A stretch of DNA of 63,798 nucleotides, counting the filler, from Bipalium vagum (Eukaryota): NCBI GenBank assembly GCA_037834085.1. It is 3 parts of 3 records of this genome, joined end to end, with 100 filler letters (N's around TTAATTAATTAA, not from the genome) between each part and the next. Parts side by side here need not be neighbours in the genome. Positions count along the whole stretch, not along the records: positions 17,528 to 47,900 come from JBBMKC010270533.1; 2 more parts are not named here. The stretch is one strand, 5' to 3'. A program made the position numbers and the translations under genes. The notes below the pieces were generated by a model. It worked only from the letters and a program-made list of their open reading frames with translations. It was not told where the DNA came from and did no database searches. How positions within the stretch are numbered: the stretch's first letter is position 1; each line of letters starts with the position of its first letter. Shown here piece after piece: positions 25,229 through 37,871 of this stretch.

Positions 25229-26266
25229 TTAGGATGATTCATAAGTAATTTCGTTTATTATTTAAAATAATAAAAACAAAATTATATTGTTTCAAAGTAA
25301 AGGCCATTTGAATCAATAGTTTTAAGCCATCTATCTGCAAGTTGCGGGATCCCTTGTTGATACCATTCCTTGTTCTTGAACCTGAAAAACTCTTGGCACG
25401 CCGTTTCGATCTCGTCCAAGTTATTGAATCATTGAGAAAATGTGTCATTGATCGAAAAAAATGGTAATCCGATGGGCAAGATTGGGACTGGATGTGGTAA
25501 CAGTTCAAAAGATTTACATTCTCTGATTTTTTTGATTGTTTTCTAGCCGTATGAGGTTTTGCATAATCTTGCTGTAAGACCACTCACTTTTGATTGACCA
25601 AGGCTGGATATCTCTGCTGCTTGCCCAGGGTCCAACCAATGATTTTTTTTGAGGATTGGTAAAATATATCCAATTTTCATCAGAAGTTACAATTTATCTA
25701 ATGAAACGATAGACACGCAGATTTTCCAGCAGCTTTCTACACGTTTCCATACGTTGCTTTGCCTGATTTTTAGTCAATTCGTGAGGTACTTCTCTACATC
25801 GTTTGTTGACCTAAATGATTCCATTAAGGTATCAGACAACTGTTCTAGTTCTATTCGATGGTTTGGTCTCAACAACATTACGTAGCGCTTCTTTATTCAC
25901 TGTTACTGGCCTATCGGAACGTGATTGATCGTATAGATCATTTTCACCTTCATTAAATTTTTTGAGTTAGATTTGGACTATCAATTAGAGATCACACCTC
26001 CAGCTTTCCTTTCGCATATTTTTCTGGCAGCTTCACTTGCTTTGAATTTTTGCTTCCAATAATGTCGAATCAAAGTGCGAATTTTGAGATTTTCCTTTTC
26101 TTTCAGTTAACATTTATATAACATTAATTAATTAACCTAATGGTAGAAAATTTATTAAGTTTCTAATTGATATACAAATCGATATATTCAAATTATTTTT
26201 CAACTAAAGAATTACTTTACTAAGCTACTAAAACAAAAAAACAAAATTACTTATGAATCACCATTA
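25229..26266 (-). mobile_element. Internally deleted mariner element with TIRs
   Basis: TA|TTAGGATGATTCATAAGTAATTT ... AAATTACTTATGAATCACCATTA|TA. Reverse strand encodes LQQDYAKPHTAR and CPSDYHFFRSMTHFL. Confidence 0.88.
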
Positions 26267-27753
26267 TATTTAGATTATATTTTATAATCTGCACTAGAAT
26301 TCTGTCATTCGAAGTTTAAGTAAAACTTTCTAATCTTTAAATAAAAACTTCTAATCTTAAAATATGTTAATAAATGCAATAAAATTGACTATCAAAGTAA
26401 TAGTGACAAAATTTTGTGAACAGTTAACTTTATATATTTTATAAAAATTATTTAATAATGAAAATATAAATAAATTTTTCAATGAAAAAAACTATTTTTT
26501 AACCATTTTATATAATTATTAAAGTTTTCTTTTCATATTCTTTTATAGAATATTTTAGCTATAATTTCTTCAAAAATATATTGCCAAAAATCAATCTTAT
26601 TACTTTTTGATAATTTATGTTTGCTCTTAAAGATTTTAAATTTTTATAAATAGGAATTATATAGCCCAAATATCAATAATATCTTTGATTTCCTCATTGG
26701 AATTCTATCCAATTAATAAAAAATCAAATGAAAATACAATTTTTTCTTTCAAATGTTTTAAGTTTCGAATTTGCAATGATGATAAACCGTTAAATGATAA
26801 CGTTTATTCAAAACTTAACGTGGCTCGTTTAAATAAATAAGAATCAGAAGGATTTAGAGTGTGTTATGTTCGTGTTCTAAAAGACGTTTTATAAACCGAT
26901 AGTTATGTATTATTTTTAATCGACTGGGTAACTGTAATTGGTACAAGAAAAATTTAAATTAAACACTTTAATAAAAATAAAAATCGTTCACTAAGACAAA
27001 TCAAAAGTATTAGTTAAATTGTTTACAAATTGTATTTTAATATCATAACAATTTGTTGAACAAACAAATTGTTATTATTATTGACAAATCTCGAAGAAGA
27101 ATTAGAGTAAAGTAGTTTAAATTATGCTCTTCGCTATCTTAGCTTCAAGAACCCTCCAAAGTAAAAAGTGCCTCTTTGCCCTACTTGACGTTGAGAAGGC
27201 AAAAAGATAAATGATAAGAGAAACAAAAAAATATAAAATTTATTTGATCTATCGAATTTTTCAGATTAATTTACTTAATTTAATTAATTAATAATTTGTA
27301 GTCAAATTAGAGTTTGAATTGTACAATTTGTGATCAAATTGCAATTTCAAAATTTTTAATTATAAATAAAATCTTTATTACTCTTTTTACTGATGTCCTT
27401 TGAATGCGACTGAAATGTTATAAGGAATGCTTTACGAATTCGTGAAGTTCCTGTTTGACCACGTTGAGAGTAACAGCTTGTAGATCACGTTGAATTTGTA
27501 CTTGTCCGGTTTGTATGTTCCGTCTGATCTTTGTTTAAGTTTCAATTTTCATTTTTTTATTTGCTTGCTTTCTCCCTTCTTGGTTGTTTTCCGTTTCGTT
27601 TTATACTATTTCTGAATTTGTAAATTAAAACCAGCTGTCAATTTGTTTGCCCACTGTACTGAGAAGGTAATTTGAAAGTGAGGCTTGTTACTGTCACTGT
27701 CAAATAGAATTTTTTGGAAATTGATACTTGCTACTAATTCGATGCTGGTAATA

Positions 27754-28039
27754 AAGGGTGTCTCAAAAATCACGCAAGATTTGAAGTAAAAAAAAACACC
27801 GTTTTTTTTCATTAAACTGTTAATTTTTATTGAAATATGAAGTACATAGATTAGGGTTATGTATGAAAAAACACTGATGGCGAATGGCCTCCACGACTTT
27901 GCTGGCACAGGCGCACTCTTTTGTTAAAGTTTTCGATGACCAGTTTGCATATATCTGGCTGAATTTCCTTGATGCAGCATTGAATTTCCGCCTTCAATGC
28001 AAGCAAGGTTGTGGGCTTATTGATTTTTGAGACACCCTT
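27754..28039 (-). mobile_element. 286-bp MITE-like deletion derivative of a Tc1/mariner-superfamily (rosa/DD41D-like) element
   Basis: Perfect 19-bp TIR AAGGGTGTCTCAAAAATCA with TA on both sides. The interior encodes only the transposase C-terminus NKPTTLLALKAEIQ...VIENFNKRVRLCQQSRGGH..VFFHT. Confidence 0.88.
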
Positions 28040-28471
28040 TATAATAAACAAACTTTCCGGACTAATATTAACAATTCTTAACTGCTGTTCAAATGTTTTT
28101 GTGTGTTTTGTTTTAAAATTATTTTATATTTATATTATAATTTTTTGGCTATTTTTATTTATAGAATCTTTATTATATTATATTTATGTTTTATAATTCT
28201 TTTCTTGTCCATTAAATTAATTTTGTTACAACTTTTATTTTTAGCAAGTATTTTTATCATTTTTTCTAATTTTAGAATTATTTAATTTAATTAATTTTTT
28301 AAATATTATTTATATTTTATTAATTTATTTATCTTCTTGGGATTTATCATATATTATTATTATTCTATTTATACAAATAAGTAAAAATTCATTAACTTCA
28401 TACCAAATGTTTAAATCACAAAAAGATTTATACAAGATGTTAAGGATTAGATCACCAAAGAATTCACGAAA

Positions 28472-28989
28472 TTACAAAATGTTAGAGATTGTTAAGATTT
28501 CTTTTCTTTTTCCGTGCCAGGGAGCTTGTTTGGGAGTGGTCTCCACAGTTTGTTTATCTTTTCCTATGTACTCTCAAAGATCTATTTAAAATAAAAAATC
28601 ATTTTCAATTTCAATTTTTAACAATTTTTTATGATCTTAAAATTGTTTATGATGTTAAAAGGTCACAAAGCTTTCCCGCCTCTATTCATGGGTAGCAGGT
28701 GCTGCCGACCAAAAACGTTATTCTCTATATATCTTTCGTAAAATGTTTTCAAATTCTGGGTTGAGCTCCAAGATTCCGACCCAGCATCCAAATTGGCTTA
28801 AACTTCATCCATCAGTGTTTTTATACATCTATAGGATCTCAGAATCTTGTCTTTACAGAGGTCAATATTATGTATGACTGATTTTGAAATATTTAAGATT
28901 ATTTTTATTTACTCATCTGTAATATATACTATTAACAGTAATTACACTGCAACAGATAATACAATATTAGTAATTATGGGATGTGACAT
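28472..28989 (-). pseudogene. Decayed spliced orphan gene head-to-head with ELL
   Basis: Blocks MSHPIITNIVLSVAV*LLLIVYITD|, HNIDLCKDKILRSYRCIKTLMDEV*ANLDAGSESWSSTQNLKTFYERYIENNVFGRQHLLPMNRGGKA| and EYIGKDKQTVETTPKQAPWHGKRKEILTISNIL*, with GT/AG boundaries but in-frame stops. Confidence 0.3.
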
Positions 28990-29334
28990 TCTTATTTTAA
29001 TAGATAAGTTGCTTAGTAATCTTCATGACTAGTTTAGCAAAATTGAAGAAAATAATCATAGTTATATTTCTTAAGAAAATGATGTAATGTATAAAATTCT
29101 TTAAATGAAAATTTATCGAAAACATTTTTCCATAAGTTTAAAATTTTAAGTCTTTAAAATAATTATATTAAAAATTAACTAAAATTAATATTAAAACCTG
29201 ATTTTAATTATTAAAAAGTTCTAAACTTTCATTTAAAGTATTTGTAATTTGAAAATATTTGTTTAAATTATGGATTGTTTTTTAAATTACTTTTGAAAAC
29301 AGCTGATATCTGCAATTATTTGGTAGTAGAAAAT

Positions 29335-32300
29335 ATGCAAATTATTGATAATACAAATTATAAATTTGAAAGAAAATTTACTGATTGTGATACATATCAA
29401 GTTAAAATAACCACCGAGTTACTGGAAGAACTAGAAAACTGTCAAGTAATAGTACTACTTATGTTGTTTGTCTTATAGTATTCATAATTAAGAATGTCAC
29501 TGAAATTGAACTAAATATCAAAGGAAGCTCTGGTGTAATATTCGTCTAGTTTTCGTTTATCCTCGAATTATATATTTTATCTTATAGACTCTTACTATAC
29601 CATCATCGAAAAGTAAAAAGTCAAAAGTATTTGATTTAAATATTGGCTCCATATCAAGAGGAGAAAAGGAAAGTTTTGAATTGAATGCTTTTAGGTACAC
29701 TTTAAAAGTTTAAAAATAATTTAAAAGTAATTTTAGGTTAAATAAACGGGTTGAATCTTTAGGATCTTTGCAAGTGCGATTAAATGTCCAAGCCACTTCA
29801 AAAGTGTACGACATGACAAAGAAAAAAATATCAGAAGTTGAAGACGAATCGAAAAAGCATTGTGTTAAAGAATTGAAATTGGAAAAATTTCCAAATAAAC
29901 AAAGACTAGCTTATAAAGTAATGAAAAATAAGGAAGCTCGAAAATCGGAAGTGAATTTAAGCAATTCTCAAGGAACGTTTGTAAATTCGAATTCAAACGA
30001 CAGACCGATTGAAAAGGAATTTACGATTAGGTCGGTTTTCTAAAAAGGAATAACGTCAACGTTACTCTGTTAACCATAAATTTAGACAAAAAATTCTGCA
30101 TTTATTAGGGGTTAAACCATTGACCAAAGACGCATTGTTGCTTCGCTTACAGCGCCTGAACGTAACCTCATCAGATCGCCAAGAAGTAGATAGATATTTG
30201 TCTCAGGTATTTTGAATATTAAAATGGCATTATTTTTTTATATCACTCAAGTAAACCTCATTATTTATAATCAAATAATACTTTCACTGATAAGTGTGAT
30301 TTATGGATTCCTCTGCTGTCTCAGCTAGAGTCTTACAATTACACTTTTTTCCTCTTATCATCCCATGAAAATCTGTCACTTATTTTATCAAGCTTCATAA
30401 ATAAATTTCATCAGAAAGCGAAAGTTTACCATTAATTATCGATCATTATTGGTTAACACAAATTTTCTATTAACCGATGACGACTTCATTTTTACTGGGG
30501 CTTTTTTTTCATCTTTTCTTTCATCTCTGGATTTAAATTGCTTTAACAACTGTTGGAAAATTCTTACCAAATAAATTTGGTGATAATAATAGAACTTTTT
30601 GACTTTTTTTTGTTTCTACAAGTGAAAAACAATTGTTCATTTGTCACACTAAGAGATTAGTGTTGTGGAAACCCAATTTCGACAAATCCCTGAGAAATTT
30701 TATTTATCGATTATCTCGTGATTTTGTTGATGGTTTATAATTGAGATAAAATGGTTAACGGATTACATTGTTTATAAAACAAAGTATGATCGATGTAATT
30801 ATATTGAACAGTTTTTAATGTTCAAGCTGAAATTGTCCGGATGTCAATTACGTGGTAGCAAGCAGCATCGTTTGTACGAATTTTCAAAAATTCATTTTTT
30901 AAAAAAAATTACTATTACAAGATATTGATTATATAATATTGTAATTGATTTAATAAATAAAATTATTCAAATCGATTTCATTATTTTCTGCATTCTGTCA
31001 GCACTGTTTTATTTAATATATTTTATTTTCACATTTTTTCTAGCTATCCACTCTAAACAGGGAAAACATGTATCAACTTTCAAATCAATTCATTCCCGAA
31101 CTTCGTGAAGATTGGTCGTACTACAATGACGAAGAAAAACGCAAAGTTGCCAAGCTGAAATCAGATTCCAGATCAAATATTTCCAATCGTATTCCTGTAT
31201 GTGTAGTTTTTCAGTCATTTATAGTTCCATTACGATATGCTATTGATTTTTTAACTTTTTGTTAAAGTAAAACGTGTGACCTTACAATTCAACAGAGTAT
31301 CTTAAAATAAACCAGCTATTGTTGAATTCAGAATTATGCGATCACATGATTTTTGACTTGACATATATTGAATCGAAATCGATAGCGCAACTCTTCCAAA
31401 TGATTGGGTTTTTCATTAGTCTATTTTTTGTGCAGGTATCAAAACATTCCACTCAACCTCCTGTCAGTCCCGACTCTCACGAAAATACTCGCCCAAAGGC
31501 ACCACTCGCACCTCACCCGTCCCGAACAAAAATTGCCGCACTCGATATGATGGCCAAAGGCGTGAATATCGGTGAAGTCAGTAAAACGTTAAATGTTCCA
31601 GAGAATTTGATTAGTTCTTGGAAGTCGCAAGAATTTCAAATCCGACAGGTAATTATGGTGTAGATTATTCAGCCGTATTATTGATTTAACAAGTAAAACA
31701 TTGAGAGGAGGTTTTAAATGTTACTTATCGGGAGAGATGTCTCCAGCGAATTCCACACACTCGATTTAAATTGAATGAGGCAGCTTGATTATTTCTTTTA
31801 AACCATTGAGAAAGATATAAAATTTTCGTTTCATTGATAATTGTCTTGAACTCACTAAAATCGTACGAGTTTGTCTTATCTGTGCCTGTTAATGGTCTGG
31901 GTTCAATGATAACTAATAATTTTCATACCAAGTTCAATCGATTGGTTTTAAATAATCAATATCGTTAATATAAATAAATCTATAAAATAAAATTGATAAT
32001 AATAATAATATTATTATTTTCAAATAATTGCTATTAATCTCGATAGATAGTTGAAAAAGTTCAATGAAAATCATCGTTCGATATTTTGATTGGTTATGAG
32101 GAATTCTGAATTGGTTGTTTGGATAATTGTTCAATGGCACCGACAACTGGCGTATGTGAAAAATATTAGTTCACCCATCCTTTAAAAACATGATTGAGAT
32201 AATTATTATTAAATTGGGAGAAGAAAATTGTTCAAAAATGTTGTCTATTTTTAAATAAAATATTAGTATGGTAAATTAAATCGACTTACATATAATATAT

Positions 32301-34505
32301 GGAATAAAATTTTTTTATCGATTATTTCAATTTCATGAAAATGGTAATGTGAAAAATATGATTTTAAATTTATTTTTTGTGAAACGCAGTGTGTAATGAT
32401 TTTTTAATCGTTCAATCTTTTAATTTAAAAATATTGTTCTAGTGAAGCACATTATTCAATATTTTTCTAAGAATTTGAAAGTTGTGATTTCTGTGTTGAT
32501 AACTGGTCGATTTTTTGTCACTGATCAATTTTACATGCACAAAACAAGAGTTTTCTGCAGGAAAACATTATACTTCAAAGTTAAATTTGATTGGTCAAAG
32601 TCAAATATAGATTTGTTGATATTGATCTACAAATCTGGAATTGCAAGTTCTAATGATAGCTTGCACACTATTACGCCTCGTTTACAACGAAAACTTGTTT
32701 AAATATTTCTGGCACATGTACGTGTTTAAAATCTATTGAGGAGGAGCCGCAGCTCGATAAATGAGCTAACTAGTTTGGTGTAGTTAAATTTTTTTGAGGT
32801 GGGTAAAATAACCCACCACGTATCCTAAGCATCACAAAATGCGGGCACATTTTATACCAAAATCCTGCAGAGTTAACGGAACTTTTCGGCTATAATAGAA
32901 TTTTAATGATTTTTTGCTATAAGTTTTCCAGTATTATTAATATGGACTTGATTAATTTCAGGTACAATGTCTCCCATTAAAGACAGTGATTTCAGTATTG
33001 TAATTTTTATTGATTTTTTATAAACAGGGTTTTTTATAAAAATTCACTATAAAATTTATTATTTTTATGAATAAAATTTCTTAAAAATGGAATTCTTATC
33101 AGTAAATTGAACACTGTTTTTTATGTGAACATTTTTTTAAGAATTATGAGAATGGTAAAAGGTCAAACGACTTTATACCCCAGAATGCTCAACAAAAAGA
33201 AAACACAGTCAGCCCGGTTAATGTAACTAGGTTAAACTTACCATCCAGTAATGCCAACGAAATGTCTGCCTATAAAAGTCACAGACCGTTTGATGAGACT
33301 TTTGTTGATTCTGATAAGCAGTCCTCTCGTATGGCACTGGTCAATGGCAACAACAGCAATAATAAACGCCGCTTAGAACATTCAGACAAATCGCATTCGA
33401 CAGATCAACCTGGCACAAAAAAAGTGCATTTATCTCATAACGATACACAGTCTAGTTCAAGTTGTGAAGTAACACCGAAATCAGATATATCACACGCTTC
33501 GATTTCTTCATTGCAAACAAAACCGAAAAGTGATAAAAGCAAAGAATTTCCGTCTCAAAAGTCCAATCCAAAAACATTATCTGAAACACAGAAACAATTC
33601 AATGCAGCATTTGAGGAATATTCAAAATTGTGTGAACGGTTGAAGGATTGTGAAACGAAAATTGAAACGTTGCGATTAAAATGTAAAAATGGATCAGAAG
33701 ATTACGGGGTTGGTATTATCGATTTTTTGTTTATTATATTTTTATTTATTATTATTATTACCCAATTAAAAATCTCGTTCGAATAAAATTGGTGTTAATT
33801 GATTTCTTTTTTCTTATAATTATAATTATTCAGATTAGAAATAATCTATATTTAAATATCATTTTTCTACCATCCAATCAAATATTATATTATTTTAAGT
33901 TTGGAATTTTTTATCTCATCAAAATAATTTAAGATATTTTACCATCTTTTTTGTGGTTTTATGGAAAAAATACAGCGAATTTTGTTTTGTTTACCATACG
34001 AAACTTAATCACATTTTTGGACTAGTCAAATGACCAGGTCTGTCTGGTAAATCAAACCACTTTGATTATGTCAATTTGATTATTGATGAAAAAACTCGCA
34101 CTTCAATCTGAGCAAATATTTTTTGAAAAATCGAGCAAAAATAAAAAATCGTTAATTTGCTTGTTATCAATTGACAAATCTGTAAAATATTTAATGAAAA
34201 TAATCAACGTTTTTTGTTTTTTTAAAATACTAATGTAAAGTAATAAAATCATTATTTAAATTGAAAATTCGATATTTTTTATGATTTCATAAAATATTAA
34301 TGTAAACCGATAAAATCAATATTTCAGTATGAAAAACAGTAGAGAAAATTGAACATTGACATTTTTTCAGATAATTTATGGACATGCCAAACGCCTTTTA
34401 GCCGATATGGAGTCACCAAGATTCAAGACATTAACAAACCGAGTGAAAGCACTCGAAGCGGAAATGTTTGAGTTTCTGAAACTCTTGAATTCCAGTAGTG
34501 TTTGA
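29335..34505 (+). CDS. ELL: RNA polymerase II elongation factor ELL, about 580 aa, with an extra psq/CENP-B-type HTH exon
   Basis: Exons 29335-29445, 29493-29534, 29588-29694, 29737-30030, 30086-30206, 31044-31196, 31436-31648, 33142-33708 and 34371-34505 are phase-consistent. ELL motifs: YQVKIT, LGSLQVRLNVQATSKVYDMTKKKISEVEDESK, RQKILHLLGVKPLTKDALLLRLQ, ELREDWSYYNDEE, and an occludin/ELL C-terminus QFNAAFEEYSKL...GSEDY. Confidence 0.85.
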
Positions 34506-34819
34506 ATGGTTGGTGGTCTCTCCTTGTCCACGACAAATGAATCTTGTAACCAGTGAAGTCACTGCCAAAATTCCCAGATATCTATTTCTTTCGTTTCATA
34601 AATACAAAAATCGATATTATTGTTATCATAATTTATTATTTTTATTTTATCGTTATTATTATTATTTTGAATCCTTACAAATATTAAAATGAATTATAAA
34701 TAGAAATGTGCTTAGACTGAATTCTTCAATCCGACTGATTATATTGATAAAATATTGTAAACCTACGTTTATTTTGTGTTGTGTATGATGTGGCTTGTAC
34801 GATCTTATTATTATTTTTA

Positions 34820-34823
<4 letters not shown>

Positions 34824-34890
<67 letters not shown>
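34824..34890. repeat. (ATT)n microsatellite
   Basis: Direct reading; it produces the poly-I ORF at 34795-35019. Confidence 0.95.
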
Positions 34891-34895
<5 letters not shown>

Positions 34896-36429
34896 TGTTG
34901 TTGTTGTCTGTCGTAGTCCAATGAGATGTCAGTTCCCTCGTTGTGTGAAGGATGGCTCGAAAAAGCGAATTATCTATTTAATAATAATAACAATGACAAC
35001 AATTTCATGGCATGTTTAAGAGCGCTATCAACAACGTCAGCAACACAAAAGCAACCGCAGACTTCTAAAAACAATGTGTTCTCTGTTTTAATTTGAATCC
35101 TAATAATTTATTTCGCCCTCTTTTGTAAATTATAGCGTGTCGTTTATTTATATTTTTGAGATTTATTATTTCAATTGAAATATCAACTACGTAGGGCTTT
35201 GTAAACTACTCCGAACTCCGATTGCTAACCTGTGACATATTGGGATCGATTGAATTTGTTTTCATTAGATGATTTATCGAGTTTTTCCATTTGGATTATT
35301 GTTTGGACTATTATTCTTGTCGAGCCTTAATTTGATTGTGGTTTAGAAATGTTTAGGTTTTCTTAATATATATTTCAGTTTTATATGGAGCCGCCGATGA
35401 TTGATGATTATTGTGATTTTGTTATTGAGGCCAGTGAAAGAGGAATGGATCGGACATTTTATCCACGTTTACATTTCTATTTGTTTTTGGTATTGTATTA
35501 TTGCTTGGTTATAATGGTGCTGCTGGTAATAAGTTTTTGTAATTATTAACTGTTTCCAGGTTTTTGTCACGAATGCTTTATTCGTTTAATATTTACATTT
35601 GTCTTGATTAAATTGTCTATTTGATATATATTTTGTTGAGTGAAATTGGTTTATTTGGTGGTAGAAATTTCAAAATATTTCTATTTTGATTTTATTATAT
35701 CAAATATACCGATTCAATTATGTCTTTTTTTTCAGCATTCTTAGAGAAAATGTGTTTAATATTTTTTAATTATATATAAAAAAAATTAATATCAAATTTC
35801 GTTAAATATTGTTTTCTCTTTATATAACGTATATTTGTTAGACTGAGTTTTCTTTGTGGACAAATTCAATTGATATCTTTTCCATTTGATTAAAAAATTT
35901 GGAAGCATATTTTCTGAGACAAATTCTATTTTATTATCTTTTAAGTGTATTTAGGATCTCTATTAAGAATTTCATTTTTTGATAGGAGAGTTTCAACGAA
36001 GAATTTGAGGCAGCAAATTGTTTACATAAATTTTTTAGATTTACTTTTTTGGTAAATAAATTTTCAAATGAATATGCGTTCTGTGCTTTGTTATTTATTA
36101 ACGTTTTGGTCCGCTATTCTTTGGTAATTAAATTAAATTTACTTTATCAATATCATGAGTAATATAAGCACAAAAATATTTTTAGCTATCTTGATCTTTT
36201 ATCAAAATTTATTTTATTATTAATTAATATTAGTTATTTTGGTTTATTATGTGGTAATCAATTTCAAGTTGTTTAAGAAAACTTATCTAGAGATATTAAA
36301 AAGAGTTTGGTGCAATTTTAGGTGTGGAATAAGTTCTGCATTTTTTATCAATATTAAAAGACATTAGTTCTAATAAATCAGACTATTTTATTTTTGTTTT
36401 CGATTACCTATTTCCAATGCCAATTTTAT

Positions 36430-37020
36430 AAAAAATATTAGGCTTTTCTGCAAAAAATTGTGCAAGCATTTCTTTACTTAATATATTAAACTAAACTAAA
36501 TCTGTCATTTACTCCGGGTGCTGCATTGGTTTCCAAAAGAATCCCTTTAGTTTGTGTTTGGGTGCCAAATCAGATTTAGCTCTGTTCAGGTGAAGGACAG
36601 CTCATTATTTCTGTTCACTAATTTCGATGGATTCTTCAGTATCGCCTTCGATTTTTCTAACTAATCAAAATACTTATTAGCCTCAATAGTCTGAACCTTT
36701 GGAAGCAAGTGATAACATAAACAAGCCCTTTCTTATACAATCAATGCAAAACATCATCATGAGCTTCAAAATTGGTCTAATGAATTCAATTTTAAGTGGG
36801 ACATACCATAATCCAATCAGAAATGTTCTTTTCGGACAATTCTTGATGGACCAAAATCATCAATATTCATTTTCATCCTGATCTGCTTTTGCGCCTACAA
36901 TTTGAGACATTTTCGGGCACTATCTCGGAGATTGAAATCCCCAGAACGGAAGTGCACAAACAAATCCTGACATAGTTTATGGCCGTATACAATGAATATT
37001 TCATGTTAAGCTTGTGCTTT
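36430..37020 (-). mobile_element. Degenerate mariner fragment
   Basis: Reverse strand reads FRSGDFNLRDSAR and a KLMM..CI...CYHLLP-like segment. Confidence 0.55.
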
Positions 37021-37871
37021 ACTTATCTACCTCAAATAAAATCAATTTTACATATTATTATTACTAGTGTATTCGTGGTTTTTATTTTTTACTTGTGTGC
37101 GTACACGTGGCATTTAAAATGCCCTCTTTTTAAACATTTTAAAGTTCACCTGAATTTTTTTATACAATGGATTTTTACAAAGAAATATGCCTTAAGAAAA
37201 ATTTTATTTTTTAATTTTCTTATTATTAATAATTGGTCCTATTATTCCTTTAATATATGGTAGTTTTTCCATTGGTGTTTATATTTCTCACATAAGTGAC
37301 GTAATTCTTATAATTATGTGAAATCTAATCTTTATTTTGCACTGATACAATGTACTGAATTCTCTAGCACTATACCTTTTCACTTATAAGCTTAATTAAA
37401 ATTTAGATTACACAATAAATAAATAAAATAATAATATATAAAATTATATAAATTATAAAATAATATATAAAATATTAATATATAATAATATATAAATACT
37501 AATAATAAATAAATAAATTTCATTACATAATAAAATTTACATTACATATCTTACAAAAATATTAATATAATTACTGCAAAATCTAAGTTGTTTTTCAAAA
37601 GGTAAAGTTGGAGGAAAAATTTTAAATGGTTTTTAAAATTAGAAAATAAATTTATATTATGTAATCAAAATAATAAATTAATTAAGGTCCTAAAGACGTT
37701 AAAAAATTCATACTCTAGAAATTATTAGATTTAAATTTCAGTTAAAAATTTAAGAAAATGTTGGAAAAGTATAAAAATTATGTAAATTGTTTTAAACTGA
37801 CAAATTTACTATAAAATAACTGTACAACCAATTTGATTATTCTCTTTTTCGTTAAAATTTTATTTAACCAA

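Noticed and set aside
8043-29000. Alternative genetic code or stop read-through to explain in-frame stops in orphan relics
   Set aside because: The four conserved genes have no internal stops and end at TAA or TGA at the expected positions.
32740-32850. tRNA/SINE-like GC-richer patch in an ELL intron
   Set aside because: The B-box is too degenerate and no cloverleaf can be drawn; at most a decayed SINE.
34795-35019. Poly-Ile ORF (and poly-Tyr ORF at 6422-6622)
   Set aside because: Translations of (ATT)n/(AAT)n microsatellites.
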